Origin: Octopus sinensis
Taxonomy: Eukaryota
Length of the DNA stretch: 64,000 bases
Direction of reading: 5' to 3'
NCBI RefSeq assembly: GCF_006345805.1
Contig: NC_043011.1
Span: forward strand, 33,864,464-33,928,463
Under the pieces are notes generated by a model, which was not told the origin of the DNA, did no database searches, and saw only the letters and a program-made list of their open reading frames with translations. Each line of letters opens with the position of its first letter. The first letter of the stretch is position 1. A program made the position numbers and the translations under genes. Below, one piece after another: positions 39,945 to 51,860 of the stretch.

Positions 39945-40308
39945 ATTTGAAAGATGGGAAATTATGAAAATTATTTACATTTGATGGATATTTGTCTTCA
40001 TCTTATTTGTTGTTAACACAACGTTTCGGCTGATATACACTCCAGCCTTCTTCAGGTGTCCTGGGGAAACTTTGAACCTGGGTTCTCATTCTTAAGGTAT
40101 TTTTCGATGCTATTATTATTAATATTATTAATATTATTATTATTATTATTATTATCATTATTATTATTATTCAAGTCACTGCTTGGAACCAAACTTGGAA
40201 TCTTGGGGTTAGTAGCCTCAAGATTCCGAGTTTGATTCCAGGAAGTGCCCTGAAAAAAAAATAATAATGATATAATAAAAATAATAACAACAACAGCATC
40301 GAAAAATA
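39945..40308 (-). mobile_element. Penelope-like non-autonomous element with hammerhead, (AAT)n spacer, B-box-like segment and inverted 5' duplication
   Basis: Arms 40099-40208 and 40215-40308 are inverted copies around ttagtag; GAGTTTGATTCC B-box-like motif; hammerhead in the distal body. Confidence 0.55.
40015..40060 (-). ncRNA. Type I hammerhead ribozyme motif
   Basis: GACAC-CTGAAGA-a-GGCTGG..TCAGCC-GAAA-CG-TT-GTGTT. Stem I GACAC/GUGUU, palindromic AACGUU stem III, GUU site. Confidence 0.72.
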
Positions 40309-40548
40309 TAAAAATGTGTTCAGAGGCAAGACACATTCGTTATAGGTTTGCACCCCATAAACAGTTCCCCACTACACTCCTATAGGTTTGCTGCTAATAC
40401 TGAAGAAATGAGCCAATCGGTTTGTGCAACAACACCAATCAGCTTACACAACAGTGTATGGCTCACAGAAATATGACTATGCTATATAAAGTTTGAAATA
40501 GTAAATATGTTTTCTACATTTCTTAGTACCATACTCACACATACATAG

Positions 40549-40593
<45 letters not shown>

Positions 40594-40958
40594 TGCACAC
40601 CTACCTGCAGACATACATATGCATTGTTTTATTCATTTATAGCATTGGTCTCTGAGCTAGACAGGGTATCACATTTATAAGAAGAGTCAATTACATCAAC
40701 CCCAATACTTAACTGGCCTATTTCATCAACCTCAGAGAAAGACAAAGTCAATTTTGGCAAGATTTGTAATACAAGGTGTGTGTGTGTGTGTCTTTAAGTT
40801 GGCTTACCTTCCAATTTAATTTGCTAAACTTTTTTGTTGTATTACTTATATAATGTCATTAATGCCAACTCAATCTAATCGTTCTATTATGCTTAATACA
40901 TCTTAGTGCCATTCAATTTCATCTTGCATGTATATATATATATATATATATATATATG

Positions 40959-41281
40959 AAGGCGCATGGTTTAGTGGTTAAGGGGCATTCGACTCATGAT
41001 CGTAAGGTCGTGAGTTCAATTCCCGGCGGTGCGTTGTGTCCTTGAGCAAGACACTTTATTTTCACGTTGTTCCAGTCCACTCAGCTGGCAAAAATGAATA
41101 GTACCTGTACTTCAAAGGGCTAGCTTTGTCACATACTGTGTCATGCTGAATCTCTCCAAAAACTACGTTAAGGGTACACGTGTCTGCGGAGTGCTCAACC
41201 ACTTGCACGTTAATTTCAGGAGCAAGCTGTTCCATTGATCGTATCAGCTGGGACCCTCATCGTTGCAACCAACAGAGTGGT

Positions 41282-41283
<2 letters not shown>
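40959..41283 (+). mobile_element. SINE family C variant
   Basis: GGCGCATGGTTTAGTGGTTAAGG...GACTCATGATC...GAGTTCAATTCCCGG; homologous minus copy at about 17070-17370. Confidence 0.8.
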
Positions 41284-41338
<55 letters not shown>

Positions 41339-41508
41339 AAAAACAATGTATGCTTAATCTACAGAAATTCAGACATATCTTTCCCTTACGGTACCACTGT
41401 ATAGTTTATAAACCAAGACAGCAATAAAGAAGTGGGTGGGGGGCCATTCTAAACTTAAAACATTGATAGCAAAGTTTTCTATAGCCTTGAAATAAATGTC
41501 ACCAAACC

Positions 41509-41544
<36 letters not shown>

Positions 41545-41999
41545 TACTCAAAAAGGAAAACCTTCAGACAACCTTTTGATTTGTACTGTTCCAGCTCTGA
41601 CAGATTAAGTAGATACAACTACATAATTATCAGTCCTGCTAGGTAAGTGAAGAGTTGATCTGGCCCGGTCAATAAATAAGGTGCTGAGGGGGAGTCATTT
41701 AAAATGTTGATAAGGACTAGCAATGGCCAAATATCTTAAGTGGCATCAAAACAGTCTCTGATAAAATTTTGATGGTTATTTTGGTTTGGCAAAAAGGTCT
41801 TCTAGTTTAGTCTTTTTACAAGCAGGGAGACTTATGAAATATGTATTGGTCAAGATTTCCATACGAGTAGCTTTCCACCACAAGGTCCAGTCCATGTTGC
41901 AATGTGGTAGCCTGTGTCACTCAATGACATTGAGTGCTACACCACTGAAGGATAAGCTTCTGATAGGGGCTCCCATGCTCAACAAGTTAAAGGACAAAG

Positions 42000-43095
42000 A
42001 TCAGACAAATATCAACCACTTCTTCCTAAAAGTAAAGAAAAGGGGATGGTTGCTTAGGACCAATACCCAATCTAGAGAAAAGTAAAATTACAGAAGCAGA
42101 AGACTAAGCATGGATACGTTAGTAGATGATAGTAACATTGACCATCAGAGCAATTTCTCATGGACCAATAGCTGGATTACTACCTCCAACTTTGAATGGT
42201 ATGCGTTTGCAATCCAGGAACAGGAAATATCAACCAAATACCCGATGCACAAATGGGACGGAGATGCAGGAAAAGCAGTAAAATCTCAACAACTAATGCA
42301 GACTTTGTGGAGTTAACACCTAAGATATCCCCTACATCATAAGCAGTTGTCCGAAAATGTCATCACAGTATTATCTACCAATGAGACATGATGTTGTAGC
42401 TAGGACGCTATATAATGAAATTCGTTGGAGGAATAACCCCGTGGACAAAGAAATGAGAACCCACAGTATGGTAAAAGGAGTGCTGGTGGAATGTCCTAGT
42501 GAAACCCTCAATAAAATGTAAGCACCACAGACTTGATATAATGATTCAAGATACAGAAAAGAAACTGTGTACAGTTGCGGAAATTAGCTGCCCAGCGGAT
42601 GTTGGCATAAAGCTGAAGATTAGTGATAAAAAGAATATTTATGCTGAACTATTGAGAAATCTGCAATTACTCTATCCAGATTACAAGTTCAGGTGTTCAG
42701 GTTTATACATGTAATTAATAGGGCCCTGGGATATGTAACACACTGCCTAAATACCAAACTTGAGAAATTAGGCTTCTCAAAACCAGAAAAGAGAAGGCTG
42801 ATTCTAAGACTACAGATACAAGCCATCACTGGTCACTGGAACTGTAAAAATCTGTAAAACTTTCGAGAAGTTTATCCTTTAAGTATATATGAGCAGGTCT
42901 AGATGTGCAACTATATGCATGAGAATACATACATAAAACAAAACGTACAAATCTGCACATATACATAAATACATATATACACACAAACAAACAAACAAAA
43001 ATAACCTGTTCTTGAAGTTGAAATTCCAATGAAAGAGCCTTGGATCAAGGTTAGAAGCCGGCTCTTTTTCTATTAGCAAGAAATCTTAAAATAAA
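42000..43095 (+). mobile_element. Degenerate 3' fragment of an RLE-type non-LTR retrotransposon (R4/Dong-like)
   Basis: Frameshifted translation: FEWYAFAIQEQEISTKY; CRLCG..DIPYIISSCPKMSSQYYLPMRHDVVA (CCHC knuckle with H to Y, RHD motif); HRLDIMIQDTEKKLCTVAEISCP..KISDKKNIY (PD-(D/E)xK nuclease); stop near 42880, then putative 3' UTR. Confidence 0.8.
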
Positions 43096-43500
43096 ACTGA
43101 ATAATGGGACATACAGACACACATATTCAGAGCAAATGTACATTCTTGAGCAAGGAAATAATCGTCTTCTCCTTCTCTCTCTTTCTTTCTTTCTTTCAAG
43201 TAACACATCACATAAACACAGATAACCAATGACTGAGTCACAGCATAGGAACAAATTCAGAAATGTTTGGTGCTTCAATCAAAAAAACTATCAGTATTGG
43301 TGTGTTGTCGTTGCCATATATTAGTATGTGTATGTATGTACGTGCAAATACTATATATAGAGCCTTTGTGCCTATCATTGTCAATACACACTATATATAC
43401 ACACACACATAATGTAAGAGGAGAAAATGTTTATTCAAAATCTGAATGTCTTTATTCTTTATAAATGTTTCTGCAGCAACACACACACACATACAAACAC

Positions 43501-43551
<51 letters not shown>

Positions 43552-43677
43552 ATATATATATGATATATATATATATATAAAATTAAATAGAGAGATACAA
43601 TTGACAATCCAAGAATTTATTCATATTATAATGTATCATAATATAGGATAACATAAACAATTATTAAAACATCAAAA

Positions 43678-43755
43678 GGCCAACAATTTGTTTCGACTTA
43701 TTTACATTTTTTTGATATATAAACAATTCCTTTATATATAAGTTTCGTCAGAGTC
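43678..43755 (-). ncRNA. Hammerhead ribozyme motif, slightly decayed
   Basis: GACT-CTGACGA-aACTTAT...ATAAGTc-GAAA-CAAATTG-TT-GGCC. Core intact, long AT-rich loop II, one mismatch each in stems I and II. Lies in a unit bounded by (TA)n runs. Confidence 0.55.
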
Positions 43756-44040
43756 ACAGTTTAAAGATAGACGAAATTCCGTGTGAAAGGACAGCTGGAT
43801 TGTAAAAATATAAATTAAATGCCTATGTATTATGAGTGTGAGTGTTATTTATTCAATTATATATCAATTACAATTAAGAAACAACAAAAGAATTTTAACA
43901 GATACAATAATTAAGTGTAATGTACAACTATCACATATATATATATATTTCTAATTATGGTGACCAGTGAATAAATTTCACTGTAAATAGATATATTTGC
44001 AAAGGCCTGGTAAGTATCACCACTAGCTAGGACATGCTAC

Positions 44041-44086
44041 CCTGGACTGACGACGGGCAAGACCCAGAAACATGCATGTCTCCAGG
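44041..44086 (+). ncRNA. Type I hammerhead ribozyme motif (minimal, dimer-type)
   Basis: CCTGGA-CTGACGA-cGGG caaga CCCa-GAAA-CATGCATG-TC-TCCAGG. 6-bp stem I, intact CUGANGA and GAAA core, palindromic stem III ACAUGCAUGU, GUC cleavage triplet; C.A mismatch at the base of stem II. Confidence 0.8.
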
Positions 44087-44247
44087 TTGTTAGTTCTGGC
44101 TGGTGGGGGTGCTTGCCTCCCCATTGCAAATATAAGGACACAGCAAATGTGTCAAAGCCGACAGGAAGCGTCGATGCTTCCTAGGGCTATATAGCGGTGA
44201 TGTAATTCCCTTTACGGGACTGTCACGTTATGTTGACTTTATACAAC

Positions 44248-44286
<39 letters not shown>

Positions 44287-44289
44287 ACA

Positions 44290-44630
44290 TGAGTAAAGGG
44301 TAAAGACCCCCTTCGGTCAGGCACTGACCATGGGTTTGCACCTGGAGAGATACCCTCTGAGGCACAAGTCTGGGCAAGGTTGTTTTATGGAAGACCAGCA
44401 GTCGCCCATGCATACCGGCCTCCCCTCTCCACGTCACCGATGTTGTTCAAGGGAAAGGCAAGGGCCGATACAGCTTGGCACCTGTGACGTCGCAACTCAT
44501 TTCTACAGCTGAGTGAACTGGAGCAACGTGAAATAAAGTGCCTTGCTCAAGAACACAACACGCAGCCCGGTCCGGGATTCGAGCTCACAACCTCACGATC
44601 GTAAGCTCGACGCTCTAACCACTGAGCCAT
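44290..44630 (-). mobile_element. tRNA-headed SINE family C, young copy
   Basis: A box TGGCTCAGTGG, B box GAGCTCGAATCC, then GTGTTGTGTTCTTGAGCAAGGCACTTTATTTCACG; CpG-rich. Confidence 0.85.
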
Positions 44631-44989
44631 TGAGTATATATGTACATATGTTATCAGTGAAGACCTATTAACCAGCTAAAAATACAAAAACAGCTAAATT
44701 CACTTTCCTTTTATTCCTTATGATATCAAGATGTTTGTGATACCACTGCATTCTACTCCTTGACACAGTTCCTCAAGCATTCATAGTTTAAACTATATAA
44801 GTAACCAGCTTATAGTGGTGTGGCGAAAAATTTAACATCCCAACATGTAAATGGAAAATAATTATAAAAGCTTTTGGGTGTTTGAAGATGGCAAAAATGA
44901 AAAACAATTGCAACACAAGGTCACAGCTCAAGTCACTTGCCTTTCAAGTATCTCTCTCTCTCTCTCTCTCTCTGTCTTTTATACATATA

Positions 44990-45372
44990 CTAGCAGTATC
45001 GCCCGGCGTTGCTCAGGTTTGTAAGAGAAATAACTATAAAGCATTTTTAGAGAGTTATAGCCAAAAAATAGCAAAAAAATGGGAAAAATATGATGGTAAA
45101 TTTTTTTTAAATCGTTGACTCATCGTAGACATTTTTAGAGAGTTACTTCCCTTATATTTAAAAAAATATGCATTAAAATGGAAAAAAATTATGGTAAATT
45201 ATTTTTAAAATCGTAGACTCATCGTAGACGCGCGCTAATACCCAGAAGGGCTCGATATGAATCACGACTATAAGATACCCAGTTTTGGTTAAACTGCACC
45301 GCAAAATGTGGGAGTAGTTAGGAATCTAAATCGGAGTAGACAGACACACAACCTTACTTTTATATATAAAGA
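44990..45372 (-). mobile_element. Non-autonomous Helitron
   Basis: 5' TC, 3' hairpin (CCTGAGCAACGCCGGG) followed by CTAG; inserted between A and T without TSD. Confidence 0.8.
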
Positions 45373-45926
45373 TATATATATATGTATGGCTGTGTGGTTA
45401 AGAAGCTTGCTTCCCAGCTACATGGTTTCGGGTTCAGTCCCACTGCATTGCACTTTGGGCAAGCGTCTTCTGTTATAGTCCGGGCCGAACCAAGCTTTGT
45501 GATTGAATTTGGTAAGGGGGGAGTTACTGCCGTGTGTGTATATGTGTGTGTGTGTGTGTGTAGGTAGGTACTTGTGCCTCTCCGAGAGAGAGAGAGATAT
45601 ATGTATACCCCACCCCCCATGAAATGGAATTTTTGTTACTTCATTGGTACCAAAGGTGTGTCACATCACCATCAATGCTGAAGTGCCATTCATATTTTGA
45701 ACTGTGGTTGAAAAATGAGCAGACCTCTGCCAACAGGAAACTTTGAGTATCAGAGAAGAAACAAAAAATATATTGTAAAGAACTATCTACACAATTTACC
45801 ATTTTGAACATGAATTCTTCCAGTTGATTGCCTTATACACACACACGCACGCACAATGAGAGCAAACTAACAACTACTATTTATTGTAGTATCATCTTCT
45901 GAATTCCTTAAAATGTTTGTGTGTGC

Positions 45927-45973
<47 letters not shown>

Positions 45974-46257
45974 TATATTTACATGAACAGATACACCCAC
46001 AAAGATTACATACACATGAAGATATATTCGTTAACAAACGAGTAGGATCCAAAGGTATGGCTTAATATATTTGGAGTGGGAGCAGGGAATCAAACACCAG
46101 AACAAATAGGTAAATAAAACAGATCAATGATAAAACATAATTAAATAAAAAAAATTAATAAAAATAAATATGGATAGATCAAACAAAACTTTTACAATTG
46201 AATTTATAAATCTTTGTCTTTCCTTTGCGTTTTTCATCACCAATGCTTTTCTGTTTT

Positions 46258-46316
<59 letters not shown>

Positions 46317-46929
46317 GTTATTGTTGTTGTTTTCTATATTTTATTTCTTTTAAATATGTACCAGGCTAATTACATTTACAGGTGTATCTGAACTGGACAG
46401 GCTTAAAACCCTTTTGCTTTTTAATTTAGTTTTTCTCTCAAGTACCAAAAAGGAAAAAAACAAAAAAACAAAAGGTGTATTCATAACCCCTTGATGTAAC
46501 TTAGCACCAGGTCAACAGTCAACCCCGATTGACACCCAGGCCTATAACTGACTGCATTCTGGCATTGACCATCTTGTCCTTCTTTCAGGTATTGCATATC
46601 AAGGACTACATTATCCACTGTATCTACATCTTTTCACAATGGTGGAGTCTATGTAATTCAAAGTAAGATTCAACTACTATTTCTAATTAGATCAAATGCT
46701 TATGTGTCTGTACCTTTACTGGATTTCATAGGTTTGATTACTTATTAAGCATGGGGCAGGAACTCATATCTACATAGAGAGTCATATTACTCTTCATGAC
46801 ATCCATGCCTTTCTTGATAGCCAATGGCATTAGCAAAATGAAGTAGAGTGAACTGGCTTTTAGTGGCTTCAGTTAAAACTAGTCTGCTTGCTGTAGTTGC
46901 ATCCCCTGGCATTTCCTTATATTCAAAAA

Positions 46930-47165
46930 TGGGGTGGCAAGCTGGCAGAATCGTTAGCACACTCGGTGAAATGCTTAGAAGTATTTCTTCTACCGTTACG
47001 TTCTGAGTTCAAATTCCGCCAAGGTCGACTTTGCCTTTCATCTTTTCAGGAACGATTAAATAAGTACCAATTACGCACTGGGGTTGATGTAATAAACTTA
47101 ATCCCTTTATCTGTCCTTGTTTGTTCCCTCTATGTTTAGCCCCCTGTGAGCAATAAAGAAATGAA
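46930..47165 (+). mobile_element. SINE family A copy
   Basis: ggtggcaagctggcagaatcgttagc...gagttcaaattccgccaaggtcgactttgcc...aataaagaaat. Confidence 0.85.
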
Positions 47166-47419
47166 TATATATATTCAAAAGTTTCTTCTATTCAAAAGTA
47201 CTTGCCAGCTGGTCTGTTTGTGTTAATTGTTGTCTCTGCTTGGGCATGTATTTGTGTGTTTAGATCTATCAATGTAATTAGGTTATCACCATAATTTAAT
47301 TAATTAGTTGTTTCTGTTTCTGATGTCAGTATTATTCTATCTTATAGCTTATGCCAACATTCCATCTTTTTTACTTCTTTTATGGTCTTCTAAATAATAA
47401 TAATGATGATAACAACACA

Positions 47420-47650
47420 CATCATCATTTTAACATCCACTTTTCCATGCTTGCATGGGTCAGATGGAGTTTATTGATGCAAATTCTCTACAATCAAATG
47501 CCCTTCTTGTCACCAATCTTGCTTGTTTGCAAGCAAGGTCATATTTCAGCGTAGCCAGACATCTTTTTGCAGAATACTGGAAATGAACAACACTGCTTGT
47601 ATGACAGTGACACTTGTTTACAACTATGTCATGAAGTCAAGACTAAGTTA
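47420..47650 (-). mobile_element. (GAT)n-tailed retroelement family E
   Basis: catcattttaacatccacttttccatgcttgcatgggtcagatgg... on plus. Related copies at about 29160-29345, 30385-30610, 35100-35290 and 60920-61090. Confidence 0.65.
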
Positions 47651-47691
47651 CGAACACACACACACACATATATATACACACACACACACAC

Positions 47692-47827
47692 ATGCCACCA
47701 GCACCAGCTACCGCTTCGAAAAGAGCCAAGAAGGCTTCCAAGGCCAAAGCTTCACGTCCCACAGGAGACAAGAAGCGCAAGAAGAGGAAGGAAAGTTATT
47801 CCATCTACAACTACAAAGTAATGAAAC
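47692..47827 (+). pseudogene. H2B: Histone H2B 5' fragment (about 45 codons)
   Basis: MPPAPATASKRAKKASKAKASRPTGDKKRKKRKESYSIYNYKVMK matches the H2B N-tail and start of the fold (RKESYSIYIYKVLK), then breaks into (CA/TA)n and a SINE. Confidence 0.88.
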
Positions 47828-47839
47828 ACATATATATGC

Positions 47840-47982
47840 ATGTGGAAAGAAGCTTGCTTTCCAACTACATGGTTCTGGGTTCAGTCCCACTGCATGGCAC
47901 CTGGGGCAAGTGTCTTCTACTATAGCCTCAGGCTGGCCAAAGGCTTGTGAGTAGATTTGGTAGACAGAAACTGAAAGAAGCC

Positions 47983-48031
<49 letters not shown>

Positions 48032-48788
48032 CACACACACACATATTAGATTGAATAAGATAACAAATCCAAGGCTGTGAGAAGTTTCCAGAACATTTAT
48101 AATGAAATAATCTTACAACTGAAAATATTTGAGTTCGAATTATTGTGGAAAAGACAGGGAATATAGAGGGAAATAAGAGAATTAAAGTAGAAATAAGATA
48201 TATAAAAATATTGTAGTTGCAGTTCCATTATTCGAAAAAAATGGTGTATAGAAGTGGTAAAAAAGTTTCCTGTACATGGTAAGTTCCAAAAGCAGTTCAT
48301 ATTTAGTGATTTCAAAGCATGGAGCCGTGGAATCTGCTGTAAGACTATTTGATTATAAATATCCTAAAAACTCCTGACAGCCTTGGATTTGTTATCTCAT
48401 TCTGTCTAATATATACATATGCATGCTAATACAAGACCCACATTAAACTCCTCACTTATACCATTATCGAACCAAGAGTTTAACCACAGTCTATCCATAG
48501 CACTTACTTAGCGCTACCTGACACTTTTGGGGTCTTCTAGACGCCAATACCTCACATACCCTCGGTATATATATATATATGTATGTATGTATATGTATGT
48601 ATGTGGGCCTTTGCATCTGTGTTTGTCCTCCCCACCATCGCTTGACAGCTGATGTTGGTGTGTTTATGTCCCAAAATTTAGCAGTTCAGCAAAAGTACTA
48701 GGTTTACAAAGAATAAGTCCTAGAGTTGATTTCTTCAACTAAAGGTGGTGCTCCAGCATGGCTGTAGTCAAATGACTGAAATGTGGAG

Positions 48789-48873
<85 letters not shown>

Positions 48874-49040
48874 TATATATACAACAGGCGTCTTTCAGTT
48901 TTCATCTACCAAATCCACTGACAAGGCTTTGATCTGCCGAGGGCTATAATGGAAGAAGCTTGCCCAAGGTGTCACACAGTGGGAGTGAACCCAGGACCAT
49001 GTGGTTGTGAAGCAAACTTCTTACTATACAACCATGCTTG
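47840..49040. repeat. Family-B SINE pieces (47840-47985 +, 48590-48790 +, 48880-49040 -)
   Basis: Family-B head and tail motifs. Further pieces at about 19610-19850, 26400-26780, 29380-29520, 30195-30350, 35295-35440, 45385-45520, 58700-58820 and 61140-61270. Confidence 0.7.
48044..48413. mobile_element. Element with about 75-bp decayed terminal inverted arms, same family as 56075-56390
   Basis: ataacaaatccaaggctgt...tcttaca at both ends in opposite orientation; relic GGAATCTGCTGTAAGAC. Confidence 0.55.
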
Positions 49041-49489
49041 TTTTCATATATGAAAACAAAAAAAATGAATAACACTCAAGCCAAAAGAAAGAAACCTCAA
49101 AATAACAGTCAAATCTCCCTCAAAACATACCACACATATTCCAAATGTCTTACAGAAGGACACAATCAATAATGTAGTTACAGATGCGTTAAGTCTAATT
49201 TGTAAACATGATGGTCATAGCCTTTGATCATAGGTCTGCTCAGTCAAGGTTGACCCAGGGCTAAACATCAACCCTCTGCTGAATTAAACTGAATATGGAG
49301 CCAAAACAGGTTTCAGAAATCTGGTTGAAGGCATACTGGGGAATTGCTAGAATTCCTTTCTTTTATGTTTTTAGATTATCTATTAGGACCGCAGGCCATT
49401 TCATACATATAGAGAGAGACAAGGCCAAATTTTGATGGGAAAAAATGTAATTAATTTAATTGGTCCTGTGGAACTGCTGGAGACCTATA

Positions 49490-50340
49490 TTATTACTGAT
49501 TGGCAGAATCATTAGAGCATCAGAGGACATGCCTTGTAGTTTTTCCTCTGGCCCTTTCTGTTCTGAGTTCAATTTCTGCGAAGGTCAACTTTAACTTTCA
49601 TCTTTCTAATGTTTATGTTAGAGACAATTGATAATTATGATAATAATTCATTTTCATTCTGGCACATGGCCACAAATTTTGAAGGGAAGGGCTAGTGCTT
49701 AACTGGTACTTTATTTTATCAAACCCCAAAGGATGAAAGAGAAAGTTGACCTCAGCAGAATTTGAACTCAAAACACAAAGAGCTCGAAGGAATTCTGCTA
49801 AGCATTTTGTCCAATGATTCTGCCAGCTTGCAATAATAATAATGGCTTCAAATTTTGCCACAAGGGCAGCCATTTTGGGGGAGGGGATATGTCAATTACA
49901 TTGACCCCCAATGTTCAACTGGTACTTAATTTATTGACCCCAAAAGGATAGCTGACCTCAGCAGAATTTGAATTCAGAACGCAGCAGCAGATGAAATACT
50001 GCTAAGCATTTCACCCGACATGCTAACAATTGTGCCAGCTTGCCACCTTAGCTTGCAATAATAATAATAATAATAATATTTGATGGCATGCTCTGCTCGC
50101 TCACTCAATAATAATAATAATAATAATAATAATGCAAGCAGTTAGAATCATTAGTGAATTGGAGAAAATGCTTAGTAGCTTTTCTTCCAGCTCTTTACAT
50201 TCTGAGTTCAAATTCCACCAAGGGCAATGATAAAAAATGAGTACATAAATACCAGTTGAGCACTGGCACTGAATTGACCAACTTACCTCCTCCCCTAAAA
50301 TTGATGACTTTGTACCAAAATTTGAAATTATTATTATTAT
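49490..50340. repeat. Cluster of family-A SINE monomers in both orientations with (AAT)n spacers
   Basis: Plus copies near 49495-49610 and 50130-50330; minus copies 49650-50050. Confidence 0.7.
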
Positions 50341-50987
50341 TATTATTAGCATTATTATTATTAAAGTCTAGACAGAATGAAAGGCAAAGACAGTCATTTT
50401 GGCAGAATTTGTATTTGGAACCAACTAAACTATAAAAAACTGTGGCATTTGTGTTCTAAATACATTGGAGTTCATGGAATAAAAATTTTAAATAGTCAAA
50501 CTACTTGTTACAATGAACAACAACAGATTAAATAAACAACAGTTGTTGCTATTCTTATATTCCAGATTGGTGGTGCAAACCCAATAAAGTTATCCACTAA
50601 TTCCTGGGATTGGTTATAAAATTGAGAAAAGACAGAAAAATCCCACACAATTCAAAGATTTGACATTGTCTTACCAAAATTGTTTCACTTTTTTTTTCTT
50701 TACAAAACATTATTTATATATACATATTACTCAGAAGTAGAAAAATAATTCTTGAAAAGAAATAATAAATTAAAGAAACCAACAAAATTTATTAAAAAAA
50801 TATTTCAAAGCAATGAAAAGAAAAAGGGAGGGAAAATGGAAAAAAAAAAAAAAAATATTATAATAATTATAAAAGTAGTGAAAATAGAGAGCAAAATTCA
50901 CCAAGCTAGTTGTCTGAGTACCATTTAAAATATTTCTCAAGAAACTGGCTTAGAAAAACACCAAGTAGCAAAAGTTGGAGCATGAAT

Positions 50988-51124
50988 CTAGATTATTACG
51001 ATGGAAAAGATCTTTGCTTCAAATTGTTCTATGTAGAGGAGAAGGAGCAGCAGAGAGAGCAAATGAGAATGAGTGATATCAATAAGACCATTAACAATGC
51101 AAATGAAAGAAAATGGTTCAATAC
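50988..51124 (-). CDS. Candidate alternative terminal exon A of intersectin
   Basis: Acceptor tttttcttgacctag 81 nt after the microexon donor. Open in the ITSN frame: (C/S)IEPFSFICIVNGLIDITHSHLLSLLLLLLYIEQFEAKIFSIVII*. Followed by U-rich sequence with AATAAA near 50790. Confidence 0.3.
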
Positions 51125-51205
51125 CTAGGTCAAGAAAAATGAAATTAAAAGCCTTATCATGGATTGGGTTACTTGTGAGATAATCTCAGTTCTACAGCTT
51201 CTTAC

Positions 51206-51217
51206 TTGATGACTTCA
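51206..51217 (-). CDS. Candidate 12-nt microexon of intersectin (L-K-S-S)
   Basis: ttttggttctctcataatacag|TGAAGTCATCAA|gtaaga. Good acceptor and donor, frame-preserving phase 1-1, no stop in the ITSN frame. No transcript evidence available. Confidence 0.5.
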
Positions 51218-51259
51218 CTGTATTATGAGAGAACCAAAATCATGGTTATGTGGCATATG

Positions 51260-51461
51260 TACTCTTTAGCATTTAAACCGGCCATATCAGGCTGAAAATG
51301 TCCAGATTTGGTTTCTCACATCTACCCTACAATGTCATTCTAAAAATATACAGTTACATCATTGAAACCTCAAAGCAACAAAATAATACAGGATTAATTC
51401 AAAGTAATGTGAATAAACAGGCATAACATTTGACACAATAATCTGAATGCTAAAGGATTAA
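51260..51461. mobile_element. TTAA-flanked MITE family 1, about 40 nt upstream of the microexon acceptor
   Basis: ctctttagcatttaaaccggcc...tctgaatgctaaaggattaa. Confidence 0.65.
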
Positions 51462-51480
51462 AGATTTTCATTATATTCCA

Positions 51481-51860
51481 TCTCTATATATATAAAGCTG
51501 AAGTTGTCTGTGTATGGCAGATTTGGTAGCCTTCAACTAACACTATCTCCTCCGAGACTCTGCGGCGCAAGTTGACCAAAATTGAGAGTATGATAGAAGA
51601 AGGCTTGCTCTTCCTTCTGTAGAAGAAAAAATTCAAATCGGACCATGTTAACACCAAAAATTATTTACATCAAAAAGGTGCTTTTTTCTATGAAAATCCC
51701 TATTTTTTACTGCTGTGTCGCCATTTTTCAGTGTATTTCAACCAGAAAAATGTTCACTTAAAGAGAATAATAAGCTACATAATGCAAAATTTTTACTTTT
51801 CAAAAATTCCAATTCTAAAAGGTCGAAACAAACCCGAGTAACACCAGGCGATACTGCTAG
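51481..51860 (+). mobile_element. Non-autonomous Helitron, same 3' end as 44990-45372 but a different body
   Basis: A|TCTCTATATATATAAAG ... CCCGAGTAACACCAGGCGATACTGCTAG|T. Confidence 0.8.

Noticed and set aside
40959-41030. tRNA-Met-like sequence (CTCATGA loop)
   Set aside because: Continues directly into a SINE body found in several copies and lacks a proper acceptor stem; a SINE head, not a tRNA gene.
43018-43075. Hammerhead-like CCAATGA...GAAGCCGGCTC in the putative R4/Dong 3' UTR
   Set aside because: Too many core deviations (positions 4, 5, 15.1, 16.1) and a poor stem I; would need the family consensus.
47523-47954. 143-aa plus-strand ORF
   Set aside because: Patchwork of two SINEs, a CA tract and the H2B fragment read out of frame.
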